NCBI GenBank assembly: GCA_013239625.1
Contig: MU053185.1
Coordinates: forward strand, 62,001 to 125,326
Source: Lama guanicoe
Taxonomy: Eukaryota
Length of the DNA: 63,326 bases
Reading direction: 5' to 3'
Positions 1 to 12,847 of this stretch are shown in pieces. Both the position numbers and the translations under genes were made by a program. The notes beneath the pieces are model-generated. The model did no database searches and was not told the origin of the DNA. It saw nothing but the letters and a program-made list of their open reading frames with translations. Positions within the stretch are counted from its first letter, which is position 1; every line of letters begins with the position of its first letter.

Positions 1-1249
1 AGTTTACTTAAACTCACTTCCTAGTAGCAAGAGGAGACTGCTCTGTGCAGTTGGGTAGGAGAAACTTGGCCTTGCTGAAGGTTAGAACTGTGCCGAGAAA
101 GGGGGTGGGGTGTTACCGCGCTGCTACAGAATCATAACAGCTATTTCCTGCTGCTTCTCCCACTATGTGAAGCTGGGAGAGGCCTCAAGGAATTACATGA
201 CCCAGTGTCCTGGTTGCACCCCATGTTATTGAACAGGTGGCTGAGGTCACCAGGGGTAGTGCTGAGAGTCAGATCTGACTTGAATCCAGTTTCCACAGCA
301 TCTTGGGCAAGTAGTTTATATCCTGGACTTCAGTTTCCTCGTGTGGGAGATGATAAGACCAATCCTACCTCACAGCATTGCGAGGATTAGCGAGAATGCA
401 GGAAATCACCCAGTCTGGGGAGGACTCATCACATCTTTCACTTACTGTCTGGTGACAGAGCTGGGACTGGCTCCCTGATCACCTTTATTAACCGCTGCTC
501 ACTGTGGCCAGGCTCCCGAACCCCGGGCTTCTCGGAAAGCACTGCAGGAACTCTGCCCAAAGGCGTCCCGGGCCTGTATCTGGGGGCTGAAGCCATCTTC
601 CATCCCCACAGATGTCTCTAACAGGTTGTTCCAGGCCTTTCTGAGCCCACTTTGGTTGCTCCTTTCTCTCTGTGCCCGTTTCCAAAGGTGAAGAATTGCT
701 CAGGGGAGGAAGTGCTCGGTGCCTGGAGTGCTGGATGGTGTAGGGGACACAAACAGATCTGGGACTCACTCACTTCTATGGGTCTCACAGTCCACAAGGG
801 CAGACTGAAGGGTACAATCCCTGGACCATCTCCTTAGCTCTGCCACCACTTCTGGAACAGCATCCTCCTCTTCTGGGGAGCTGCCCCACACAAACACATC
901 CTCGGATTATGTGGTCCCAGGGGGAGCCCCCGTTCCTACAGGACCCACACCTCCCTCACCACAGCTGACCTGACCCGCCCCTGGCGCCTCCTGTTGTTGG
1001 CTTAAAGTCAGGCACCTGAGGACCAGGTGGAGTTTGTTCCCTGGCATTGAGGGAAACAGAGAACCTTATTTCTTGTGCTTCATGTGTTCTTGAGCGATTT
1101 CTCATTCCACTCTCCATGAAGGAAAATGGGAGCAGGACGGAAATATATTACTGATGACTTTAGCACAAGAAATAGAGCATGATGATTCAGCTCTGTCTAG
1201 ACTTTTTAACTTTGGGATCTGCATTTCCACCAAGAGGAAATGCTGTAAG
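1..1249 (+). repeat. Near-identical segmental duplicate of 44559-45807 (may extend beyond the window edge)
   Basis: Direct repeat at constant offset 44558; ORFs 205/488/652 recur identically at 44763/45046/45210; about 6 substitutions seen by eye, all after position ~930. Confidence 0.97.
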
Positions 1250-1322
1250 CTTACAGTGGCTTACACCATGGGTATCACCCAGAGTCATCCAGAACTTGAT
1301 TTGACTGGGTAATTAGTCAGGG

Positions 1323-2012
1323 TGAAACCAAGGAGAACCCTGCAGGGTCCTCCCAGGTACAAAAGCCCCTCTGTGTCCTCTGTCTCTTGTTTGCAGAGAA
1401 ACTGCAGTCTCCCAGGCTTCCCCTGAGTCACAAAAGGCTGACTCAAGACTTGATAATTGAAAGGATGTGAACACGTGGTGATAAGGATGGCAGTCAAGCC
1501 TGGAGGGCTGATGACAGTTTCAACAGGGAATCAGCCATGCAGCAGCCACAGAATCTTTAGTTCCTCCCTCAAGGACAGCGGTAACAGTGTCTGATGCACT
1601 TTCCTGAGTTGTTGTGCAGATACTAAAACAGTGACGAGAGAGAAAAAGCTAACCCCAGACTACAGCCATGACATAAGCTGCTCCATCATGCACAATTCCA
1701 AGAACTGGCCTCAAGGAAATGGAGCAAATCAACCTCGGAGTTAAAGATTCACTTACTTAAAACAATCAAGATGATGCTGATCAGACAACAGCATAACCAG
1801 TTTTATGGTTATAGGAACTAATTGTGCTGTTCTGTACCTACCCCCACACACCTTCAAAAGCTCTTGCCCCTAATCGGCAACGGGGAGTTGGTTCCTTGTG
1901 ACATAACTCCACCTTCTTCCAGGACTTCCCCAATAAAGCTATCTTTCCTTTTACCCAATACTTGTCTCTCAGTATTGGATTCTTGAGCAATGACCAGCCA
2001 AACCTGATGACA
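1323..2012 (+). mobile_element. ERV1-type solo LTR
   Basis: TG...CA ends (TGAAACC...GATGACA), AATAAA at ~1932, imperfect 4-bp TSD AGGG/AGAG; absent from the paralogous site at ~45886; 5' end resembles the LTR at 43103. Confidence 0.8.
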
Positions 2013-2159
2013 AGAGTAGGCTGACTGCTGTAACAAATATTTTGAGTCCTTCTGACTTAAAATAGTAAAATTTTATTTTTTGATCTTACCAAGATCCAGT
2101 GCACATTGGTGGTGCAGGTGATAGGAGGATAATCTCTCTATGTCATTCAAAGGCTCAGC

Positions 2160-2845
2160 AAGGAAACCCATATTAGAGCACGTCTGAGATAACTGCAGAC
2201 CTGCTCAGCAGAAGAGAAACAGAACAGGACACAATCTACCTAGAAGAGGTATACAGAAGTCCTCCAATGTCAGAAAATGCCAAGATTTTGGCCTTTACTA
2301 TGGTCCATGTCTTACCTGCAAGCTTCAAATCGTGTGTCCTAAAGAGAGAAGACCATTCCCTAATGGACACACTCTGCCCTCCCATTTGGAGGAGAAGGCT
2401 ATTAGTGAAATGGACATCACAACTGTAGATCAGATCCATTCTAAGTACCTAGGCCAATCAAATGAGTCCTTTATTCTCAAATATGAATGAACAAATGTTG
2501 GCCAGATATTTGAGTAAAGTAAAAGAAGATCATAATGAACAAACAGAACTATTTCTGGAGGATTATATATATATACACACACACATACATATATATATGT
2601 ATGTGTGTATATATATAAATATATTTATATATTTGTATGTATATAGATATATAAATAAAATATAGGAAACAGAAAAGAACTTTACCAAAAAATCCATATT
2701 CACATTCTTGGAATTTTAAGGAAGACAGTGGGTTTACAAAATGAGAACAGAGTGCTAAAAAGGGAGCTATTTGTGAACTAAAGTCCTCAGAAAATATAGC
2801 AAAATAAAAAACTTAATAAATGCCTGATGCTCAGGTCAAAGTCGT
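2160..2845 (+). repeat. Diverged paralogous upstream flank of the ferritin-like gene (matches ~58900-59500 plus 60818-60846)
   Basis: Collinear blocks such as GAAATGGACATCACAACTGTAGAT and TGAACAAACAGAACTATTTCTGGAG occur in both units. Confidence 0.9.
2563..2655. repeat. Compound (TA)n/(CA)n microsatellite
   Basis: Seen directly; the paralogous position (~59311) has only a short A-rich tract. Confidence 0.9.
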
Positions 2846-2884
2846 CCTTCCTCACTCAGGCTGTGATGTAACTGTGTTTCTGCC

Positions 2885-3716
<832 letters not shown>

Positions 3717-4000
3717 GCCTGGACTGGAGTTCCCCGTGGTCACGGGGTGACTTCCCGAGGTCCCCCTGCCTGGCATGCATACGGCAATATTGCCCTTGCA
3801 AAAAAAAGTTCACTTAAAAATTTTATTTATGTTTTGTTGTTTCCAGTTTTGCCATTTCTTCCAGTAAAGTTATTGATGCCTATATAAATAAAGGTCTCTG
3901 ATTAATTTGTGTGTGCAAAACCCTAACCTGGGATTGGGCAGGGGTTAAAATAGTGGTCTTCACTGTATTTGAAATGTGGACCATTAATTCTGGGTAGCAG

Positions 4001-4222
4001 TTGGGGGCCTTGGAAGCCAGCATGGCAGAGTACCTCTTTGACAAACTCACCATGGGTGACAGTGATAATACAATTGAGTGTAGGGCTGGCTTCCCGATAG
4101 ACACAGGTGTGACTTCCTGTGGTCACCAATGCTAGGCATGCATGTTGCCCTTATGAAACATCCACATGTGATTTTTTTTTTACTTCAACTATATCATCTT
4201 ACAATAAAGCAACACGGTACCC
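4001..4222 (+). pseudogene. 5'-truncated ferritin heavy chain remnant (last ~25 codons plus 3' UTR), unit A
   Basis: Translates [23 protein letters not shown]; followed by a ferritin-type 3' UTR (GTGACTTCC..GGTCACC..GCATGCATG) and AATAAA at 4203. Confidence 0.88.
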
Positions 4223-4369
4223 CTCAAAATGTATCTCAATAGAAGAGCTGAGAAATATAAGATCTTAGATGAAGGTCAATTTGTGATATTGAATTTAAAG
4301 TAGAATAAATCCCTCTGACTGTTGAGTCAGTGATTCTGGCTGCTTTGAAGAATAGGGGTAGGGGTGGGG

Positions 4370-4830
4370 GGGAGAGTTAAAGCCAGGAGACCAGTTAGGA
4401 GACTCTGTAGCCGGTCCAGGTAAGAGACAATGGTGGTTGGACTGGAGTAGAGGCCGAAGAAATAGAGATGTAGACAAATTGTAGATGGATTTGGATCAAT
4501 CAACAAGATGTCTTTGTGGACCAGAGGTGAGGAATGAGATATAAAGAAAATAATCTAAATTAATCTAACCTGGGTTGATGGCAGTGCTATTTATTAATTT
4601 GGGGACTTCTGTCAGGGCACAACTGAAATGGAAGGGTGGGGAAGGCATGTCATGTAAAATCTGAGATGCCTATTAGACATCCAAGTGGAACTGTTCTGCA
4701 GGTAGTCAGAAAAATGAATCTGGAGCTCAGGTTTAGAAACATATATATGGGTGACTTTAGCCTATATAGGTGATGTTGAGGTCATGGGACTGGATGAGGC
4801 CACTGGAAAGAGAGTAGGGAGAGAGTATGG
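4370..4830. mobile_element. Degenerate L2-like LINE fragment
   Basis: L2-like phrases (GAGATGCCTATTAGACATCCAAGTGGA, GAATCTGGAGCTCAGG); first part paralogous to ~62600-62700. Confidence 0.55.
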
Positions 4831-4898
4831 CACAGCCAGTTCCACACCCAGGGCAGATCACAGTGGAGCATGGGATGAGGCGTTAAAACACTTAGAGG

Positions 4899-5398
4899 AA
4901 ATGTCCATCAACAGGTGACTGGATAAAGAAGATGTGTTATATTTATACAATGGAATACTACTCAGCCATAAAAACCGACAACATAACACCATTTGCAGCA
5001 ACATGGATGCTCCTGGAGAATGTCATTCTAAGTGAAGTAAGCCAGAAAGTGAAAGAAAAATACCATATGAGATCGCTCATATGTGGAATCTAAAACAAAG
5101 GATCAAACAAAGCATAAATACAAAACAGAAACAGACTCATAGACATACAATACAAACTTGCGGTTGCCAAGGGGGCGGAGGGTGGAAAGGGATAGACGGG
5201 ATTTCAAAATGTAGAATAGATAAACAAGATTATACTGTATAGCACAGGGAAATATACACAAAATCTTATGGTAGCTCACAGAGAAAAAAATGTGACAATG
5301 AATATGTTCATGTATAACTGAAAAATTGTGCTCTACACTGGAATTTGACACAACATTGTAAAATGATTATAAATCAATAAAAAATGTTCAAAAATAAA
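4899..5398 (+). mobile_element. 5'-truncated L1 3' end
   Basis: L1 ORF2 tail and 3' UTR, A tail, 14-bp TSD AAAACACTTAGAGG (4885-4898, 5399-5412). Confidence 0.92.
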
Positions 5399-6128
5399 AA
5401 AACACTTAGAGGGCTGCTGGCCCTACCTGGACCATTACCTCATTCCACACTGTGACCAGCTGTGTCCATACCCAGTGGCCCCACATCAGCCTGTTCTGAC
5501 CTAAGTGTGGCCTCTTGGTTTCTCCTTTCAGGATGTGGAGAAGATTTTTCTTAGTTTCATGGCTATGTAGAAAGATTTCCCAGTTTAAAAAAAATTCTTT
5601 AAGGAAATGATAAATTTGGACTTTTATTTTTTTCTGTTCCCCTTTACAAATTTAGCTTCTCAGTCAGCTCTATTTGACCAGATGACCTCTGTACTCACGT
5701 AAACCCTAAGGTGTCGTTGCCTAAGAAAAATACTCCAAACATGTTTCTTCTGTGTGTTAACAGGTGTGTTAACAAAGATAAAAGTTGAAATTTACAGATT
5801 CTGCATGCTTTATCAAGAACACATGGTTAGTTTGAGTTTCTTTAAAGTTTTTATACTGCTTTGAACATTTACTAAAATATGAACAAGCTCAGCCACACAG
5901 TAATTAACTTTCCCATTTTACCATGACTGTAAGTGAATATTTTCTTAAAAGTGAGGATTAAGCCCTTTTAAGTTTCCAGGAAATGCACTTACCCCTTTGC
6001 TCTTCTTAGTCAAATGTGGATCTTTTCACTGTTTCTTTTTCTGTCGGCTTTGAGGACTTCTCCTTTCTCTAATAATGTCTCAGATCATATATATGTCAAT
6101 AAACTGTTCTCCTCTAGATATGAGGAAG

Positions 6129-6735
6129 TGTTACAGAACCAAACTTGGGTCTGCCTGCCTGTGCACAGTAAAACCAATCTACTAACACAGGGAAAGTGCA
6201 GTGTTTATTGTAGGCGCCAAGCAAAGAGTGAAGGCAGCTAGTGCTCAAAAGGCCTGAACTTTCTGATGGCTTTCACTGAAAGGTTTTGAAAGACAGGGTG
6301 AGGGAGGGGGATTGTGGGAAGCGTGATCAACTTGTAAACATTCTTCTGATTGGTTGCTGGTGAGGTAATTGGAAGCCAACCCCATCAACCTTTTGGTTCC
6401 ACCTGGTCTAGGGTCTCCGTGCTTGTGGGCAGGCAGCATGCAGTTAACTTCTTGCACCTGGCGAGGGTTTCAGTATCCACAAAACAGTTCAAAGGACATG
6501 GCTCAGAATATTATCCATAGCCCTTGAGGAAGAACTAAAGGTCCTTGACTTTGTTTAATGGCTAACCTATCATTATTTTGTCTTGCCTTACTGTTTTCCT
6601 TTCTTTCTGCATTTTCTCACTTCTCTGATTAAGTTTATTCTTTGGAACTTGGAGAAGGCCTAGGAGGCTAAGCTTTTCTATGGACAAGCGGGAGGTGGAG
6701 GACACGAAGGCCCCACAAGGTCCCACTCAGTTACA
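6129..6735 (-). mobile_element. ERV1-type solo LTR
   Basis: TG...CA ends, perfect 4-bp TSD GAAG, AATAAA on minus strand (~6205), similarity to the reverse complement of the 43103 LTR. Confidence 0.85.
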
Positions 6736-6819
6736 GAAGCACACACAGGGAGCAGCTGTTTGTGTCTGATTATAAATGGACCGAGGATAAATTGACTCTC
6801 CTGTTTCAGACAAGCACTT

Positions 6820-7060
6820 AGGTGTAGCGGATTCTTCACCACAGATTACCTGGGTTCAAGTCCCCATTTAGCCACTAACTAAACTGGCTGAACTTGGGCA
6901 CATTACTTCTCTGTGCCTGATTCCTCACATGTAAAGTAAGGATAATAAAATTGTTAATACCATTTGGTTGCTTAGAAGATGAGACAAGTTCATTTTTTTA
7001 AATGCTTAGAACAGTGGCTGGTGCATAATAAATACCTTATGTGTAAGCCATAAGGTATTT
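6820..7060 (+). mobile_element. MIR SINE relic
   Basis: CTGGGTTCAAGTCCC..ACTTGGGCA..TTACTT..CTCTGTGCCT..TTCCTCA core. Confidence 0.65.
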
Positions 7061-7649
7061 ATCGTCAGCATCTTCATCATTCACTCACTTCTAAGTTCCT
7101 CTGTGGTGTTTATACTTTGGAGAAAGATTTTTTTATCTTTACTTTGCTACTGGGGAATCTCTCTTGCTTCAATCAACCTTGTCACTCTCCTAATTGAAAA
7201 GGAAAAATCCTTTGTAGCTGTGTGGTTGTCAGGTCCTGACACCTGACAGATGCTGTCAGGTTCGAGAGAGCAGATTGATGTTTTCACTGCTGCAAACTCA
7301 GGGCCAAGACTAAAGGCAAGTTTTCTTGTGACCGTGTTCCCTGGCAATCCCTCTGCCCCATTCTGTTTCAACTAGCTTTTCCTTTAAATCGCCCTGGACA
7401 AAGCTTTTTGCTTATTCTTCCCAAACCCTGGTTGCCTGAGCCTGCCCTTTCCATCCTGGACCACATTCTACTCCTCAGAGGTGGGGAAGAATGAAAGGAT
7501 GAGTGCTAATCCTGATCCCACCATCCTCCGGATGTTTGGACTTGAAAAGCAGAGGGATAAGTCAGGGTGCAGGGAATGGGAAGAGAAGACCACCTTAGGG
7601 CTATGGGTAAAATAATAATTGAACTTGATAAATCATCACACACTTTCCC

Positions 7650-8045
7650 ATAGAGGTTGGCAAGCTTTGCTGTACATTAGAATCACCTGCAGAGCTTTAG
7701 AAACTAGCTGCACAGACACCTCTCAGACCAATTGCATCAGTCTCTGGGGCAGGATCTACGCATCCCAGGCAACTAAAACCAGCACGAGAATCTTCCTAAC
7801 TTCCTTGCTGGTGCGAATTAGCAGCATCGGCCTCACCTGAGAGCTTGTTAGACACTCAATAGTCTTAAGCCTGACCCCAGACATACTGAATCAGAATCTA
7901 CATTTTAACAAGATCCCAGGTGATTAATACGCACAATGAATTTTGAAAAACATTCCTTAGCATCCTAATTGTCAAACATGATTGCACCTTGGAATCACCT
8001 GGGGCACTGGAAAATAATGCTGATGCCTGAGTTTAAACTCAGGCA
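7650..8045. mobile_element. MER5-like hAT DNA transposon fragments
   Basis: Recurrent GAATCACCTG and ACTGAATCAGAATCT..TTTTAACAAGATCCCAGGTGATT motifs. Confidence 0.55.
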
Positions 8046-8504
8046 TACCTTCATGTTAATACTGAAGCAAACATAATCAAAACTCATTGTATCTTCAGCA
8101 GCAATTATTGAATTGTCAAATATCCCAAAGATCTTGGAAATCCTTTATTTCATCTGATGTTGCACACAGACATGGTGACACAGACACATCGCCAGGTATA
8201 TACACACACACACTTTAACCCGTTTTATCAGAACTTCCCCACTTTGCTTTCTACAAACTGATGCAGTCACACCTCTTCCACCCTTCTTTTCATTAGGTAA
8301 GTTTTTCAAGGTGGCAAATGAGATCCCTCTGCAATAGGCAAGCCTGCCCTCAGCACACTGGGAAAAACTATTAGAAGCTTCTGACCAAATGCGCTACAGT
8401 CTTGAAACTGCTGGGACAGATTCCTTGGCAACTGGGTAGCACATGTGACTTTCAAGCTACAGTTCATGACAATCACCTCTAACGTAAAGCTTTTCAGTGT
8501 TAAG

Positions 8505-9080
8505 TGTTAGAGCAAGCAGATAGCTAGATATGAGCAGAGAAAGGCAGGCACAGGCCAAATGGGAGGAAACCATACATCTTACAAACAACAGGAGTCCTAG
8601 GGCAGACAGAGGTAAGCAAGAACCTCCAGAGAGATAAGAAACCATACATTTTGGAGTGACAAGTGTCCTGGAAGTAGACAAAGAAAGGTGGGACAAGGCA
8701 GGAATTTCCAGTGTCCAAATATAACGTTTTGCTCATTATGCCCTCATTTCAATCAAATTAGCCTTGCAGATTAGAAGTACCCATCGTGCACCGACGCCAT
8801 AACACTTCTGATCCAGACTAAATAAGGACAAAAATCCCTCCTGCCATCAGGAAGGTGGAGTTGGGATGAAAATCAGGGAATACAACCCCAAACCCTTCCC
8901 TCCCCAGTGAATATTCTGCCAATTCATGTTTGCACCCCATATAACCAGCTTGCAAAAGAAACTCAGCATAGCACTCACCTGACTCAGCCGGGTCTTCTGT
9001 TGAGAGCGTCCTATTACTTAGTAAATCCTCACTTTACTTTCTTAACCTCCATGTCTCGTCTCTGAAATTCTTCAGTAACA
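8505..9080 (+). mobile_element. Solo LTR nested in the provirus leader
   Basis: TGTTAG...GTAACA with perfect 4-bp TSD TAAG (8501-8504, 9081-9084); TATA-like at ~8940, AGTAAA at ~9020; no similarity seen to the 3' LTR at 15718. Confidence 0.85.
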
Positions 9081-9375
9081 TAAGTAAACCCTCAAATCCA
9101 AGCTGGTCATCTTTAAGACTCAGGTCCATTCTCCTCAATGGCTTCTCCAGGGAATTCTTACAGCCAAGTTGTGGATGGCCACTGCTGCATTTGTTCCAGA
9201 AACCAAACTAGGAAAGGGGGTTGGTTCCTAACTCCTAAGGTTCTTGCTTCCTCTCCTACACCTCTTGAGACTGGGGGGAGTGAGAGAAGGCAACTTTCTA
9301 GATTTACAATCTGTAGACTGTTCTCACCTCCCGAGATTGAAACCTAGGATACAGACTATGCCTTTGCTTAGAGGT

Positions 9376-9841
9376 TTCTCTCTCTCTCTCCCTCCCTCTC
9401 TCCCCCAACTGTCTGTCTCTCCTTCTTTGTCTCCGTCTCTCCCTCTCCCCTTCCCTCTCCCTCTCCCCTTCCATCTCCCTCTGTCTCCCCCCTCCTCCTC
9501 TCCCCCCTTCTCCCTTATCTCCTTCCCTCTCCCTCTCTGTCTCCCCCTCCCCCTTCTCCTTTCTCTCCTTCCCTCTCCCTGTCTCCCCCCTCCCCCTTCT
9601 TTCTCTCCTCCCCTCTTCCTCTATCTCTGTCTCCCCCTCTCCTTGTCTCTGTCTCTCCCTCCCCCTTCTCTCCTTTCCTGTCTCCCCCCTCCCTTTCCCT
9701 CTCCCCCTGTCTNNNNNNNNNNNNNNNNNNNNNNNNNNNNNNNNNNNNNNNNNNNNNNNNNNNNNNNNNNNNNNNNNNNNNNNNNNTCTCCCCTTCTCCC
9801 TCAGCTCTCTCTCTTCCCCTCTCTCCTTCTGTCTCTCTCTT
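9376..9841. repeat. CT-rich polypyrimidine low-complexity repeat containing an assembly gap (N 9713-9786)
   Basis: Seen directly. Confidence 0.95.
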
Positions 9842-12800
9842 CAAACGTCCATCCTCAGAGAGGCTAACTGAAAACTAGCCCGAAGCTGGAGAGCAGTTGA
9901 GTGGCAAGCTTCTAGTGCACCCAGGTGCTTCCTACAAAGGAACAAAGTGTGCTCTGAGCCACAGATTGGCAAACTCTGGTATCTCCTTTCATCTCCTTTG
10001 AACGCAAGGGTTTCCCAGGTGCAGCCAATATTTCTGCATCACACAGACCTCGAGTTTCTGATAATACTGCTGGTTAACGTGGAGCCCAATCCATGAAGGC
10101 TGGGAATAGGTGGCAGGCATTTGCTAAAGGCAGTTGTTCTAGGCGCTTCCATGGTTTTCTTGGCCCCAAAGTAAACTATTTTGAGCACTACAATGGAGAC
10201 AGTCATCAGCCAACCACAGAGCTCCAACTTCACTAAGGGCTTGCCTTTCTTCAGAGGATAGATTCCCAGATGGAGAACTGGGCTGTCCTACCATCAGCTC
10301 TGCCTTGCACTGCGGTTATCAACTTTCCTCAGATCCAGGGGAGGCAGGTACAAGTAGTGGCCTCAATATTTGACCTTGACTAGTTTTTCCAAGTTATTTT
10401 GCAGAATAGGGATTTTGAGAAGAGATATAAAATTATGGTTCAGAGGGAAGATCTTCAGAAAAAAACCTGTCTTGCCTGAGTCAGAGCCTAATGATCTTTA
10501 CTTACTACATCTGGTTCCTCCTTCGGTGCTGCCTTCTGTTCCCCCATCGTATGAAGGGGGGATCCCTGTGAGCAGTGTCAAAGCTTCCACCACCACTCCT
10601 CCTAGGGCCACAGGTCCAGCCCCAGCCTTGTACCCTTCCTTACTAGAGAGTCAAAAGGGATTGGTGTCCCCTCCTGGCACCCACTAGGGTATTCAATTCA
10701 GCCCAGGGTGTCCTCTGCCTCAGGCAGGGCAATATCCACTGAAACAAGTTCTCACAGGTCTAGATGACCAAGGTTAACTCAGGGCATCTGTGTATGGGCA
10801 CGCCCCCTTTTTTATTTCTGATCTATCTAATTGGAAAAAAAAGACACATTTAAAGCACAGCTTTCTATACATGCCTGAATGCCCTATTCCCTTGTTGGGG
10901 TGAGATCTAACAGAATTAAATGCCCAGTGACTTTCTTACCAGAAGTAAACACTAAAGTACTCCCAGATGAAGCTGCACTAATACAACTGGGAGACAAACC
11001 TCACTCAGAAGTTCCTTCAGAAGTTCTACAAAACGTTAAGAGCGGGTGCTTGGGCTGACGGGAGTCCAGCAAGAGCCAGGACAGCTAACCCAACGGTAGT
11101 AAAGCTCCATCCAGGGGCCCAGGCTCCTAGTTTAAAGCAATACTCTTTAAAGAAGCACGTGAAGGAAAGTATAAAGCCACTGATACCCACCTTTCTGAAA
11201 TGCCAATTGATCTGACCTTGGCAATCCCCATATAACAAAAACCTGGGACCAATTATCCTTTTGTACAGAATTTGAGAGCCATTAAATAAATTGTAGAGGA
11301 TATACATCTGGTGGTGCCAAATCCTTACACATTGCTTACAATGTTATCTGGAGATTCTGGCTGTATGCCTTTTAGTGCATACCCCTAAGTCCTGGGTACC
11401 AGGAGCTATTTGCCTTTGAATGGCAGGATCCAGAGACTAATATAAAACACCAGTATTGTTGGATAGTACTTCCACAAGAATTTAAGAATAGCCCTACCAT
11501 CTTCAGGGAAGCCTTAGCCAAGGACTTAAGAGATCCCCACTTAAATGAGGGAGACTCACCATAGTATGACATACTAATTGCTAGTAAAACTAAGAAAGCT
11601 AAAATACTAATACAATACAATCCTTACTTTAAGCTTTCTGATAGACCAGGAATATTAAGTCTCTAAGGGAAAGGCAAAAATTTTTCAAGCAACTGTAAAA
11701 TATCTAGGATTTGAGTTATCAAAAGGAAAAACTTAACTGCCGAACCAGAGGGAAGCATTAGCTAGGGTAGCTGTACCCACCACCAGAAGGCAATTGTGAG
11801 AATTCTTAGGAATGGCAGAGTTTTGTCATATTAGGATTCCTAACTTTGGACTCATGGTAAAACCTATATGAGGCTCGTAAAGGAAATGACAGTGAGTCAG
11901 CAAGTTGGACTGATAAATGCCATAAGGGGTTCTATACCATAGAAATAATTAAAGAAGTCAGGTCGAGCAGACCCGACCTGACTGAGCAGCCTTTAGACAA
12001 CCCAGATAGAGAGATGTTTATGAACTGGAGCAGCTTCATGGACCAGGGACTCCAAAAAGTGGGGTGTGCAATAGTAACTCATCAAGAAGTCCTAGAAACA
12101 GAAGCCCTCCTCCACGTACATCTGCCCAGAAGATGAAGCTCATAGCCTTCACAAGAGCCCTGAACCTTGTAGCTAAGAAAAAGGTAAATGTTCATCGATA
12201 GATGACTGGATAAAGAAGTGGTGGTATATTTATACTGATTCTAGTATGCCTTCTCTGTCATGCATGCCTGTGGGGCAATATGGAAAGAGAGGTCTACTAG
12301 CATCAGGAAGGAAAGAAATACACAGTAGAAATCAGCCTTATTAAGACTATAATGACAGAACAATTATCCATTGTTCATTGCCCAGGCCACCAAAAGACTG
12401 ATAGTTAAATACCTAAAGGAAATAATTTGGCTGATCAGGCCACAAAATAGGCAGCCAGAACCAAAACCCCAGGTCCTAAGGCCCTAGCACTCATTCCAGA
12501 TATAGACCTATCCCTGTTTAAGCCTCAGTATTTGGAAATGGATCTAGAGAGCAGACAAATGGGGATGTCATGTTCACTCTCGAGACTTAGATGGTGATCA
12601 GTATCAAAGAAGGCTGGATTTATAATGAACAGGGACTAGGGCTTATACCCAAGCATTTAATGGAAAGAATTATTACGCTTTTATATCAAGAAACCCATTA
12701 TGGGGGGAATGCAAACTATCATTAGCTACAACAGTTTATTGTCGATCCACAAATGCAAAGGACTATCTAACAGGTAATACAAAATTGCCTGATCTGCACC

Positions 12801-12847
12801 AGAAACAATCCTAAAACCAAGCTGCCTCCAGTAATAAAAGGGGTAGA

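Noticed and set aside
205..837. ORFs duplicated identically at 44763-45395
   Set aside because: Identity reflects the DNA duplication; non-ATG starts, partial MIR overlap, no coding signal
9244..9867. 207-aa Pro/Leu/Ser ORF and antisense Glu/Gly/Arg ORF
   Set aside because: Translation of the CT repeat across an N gap
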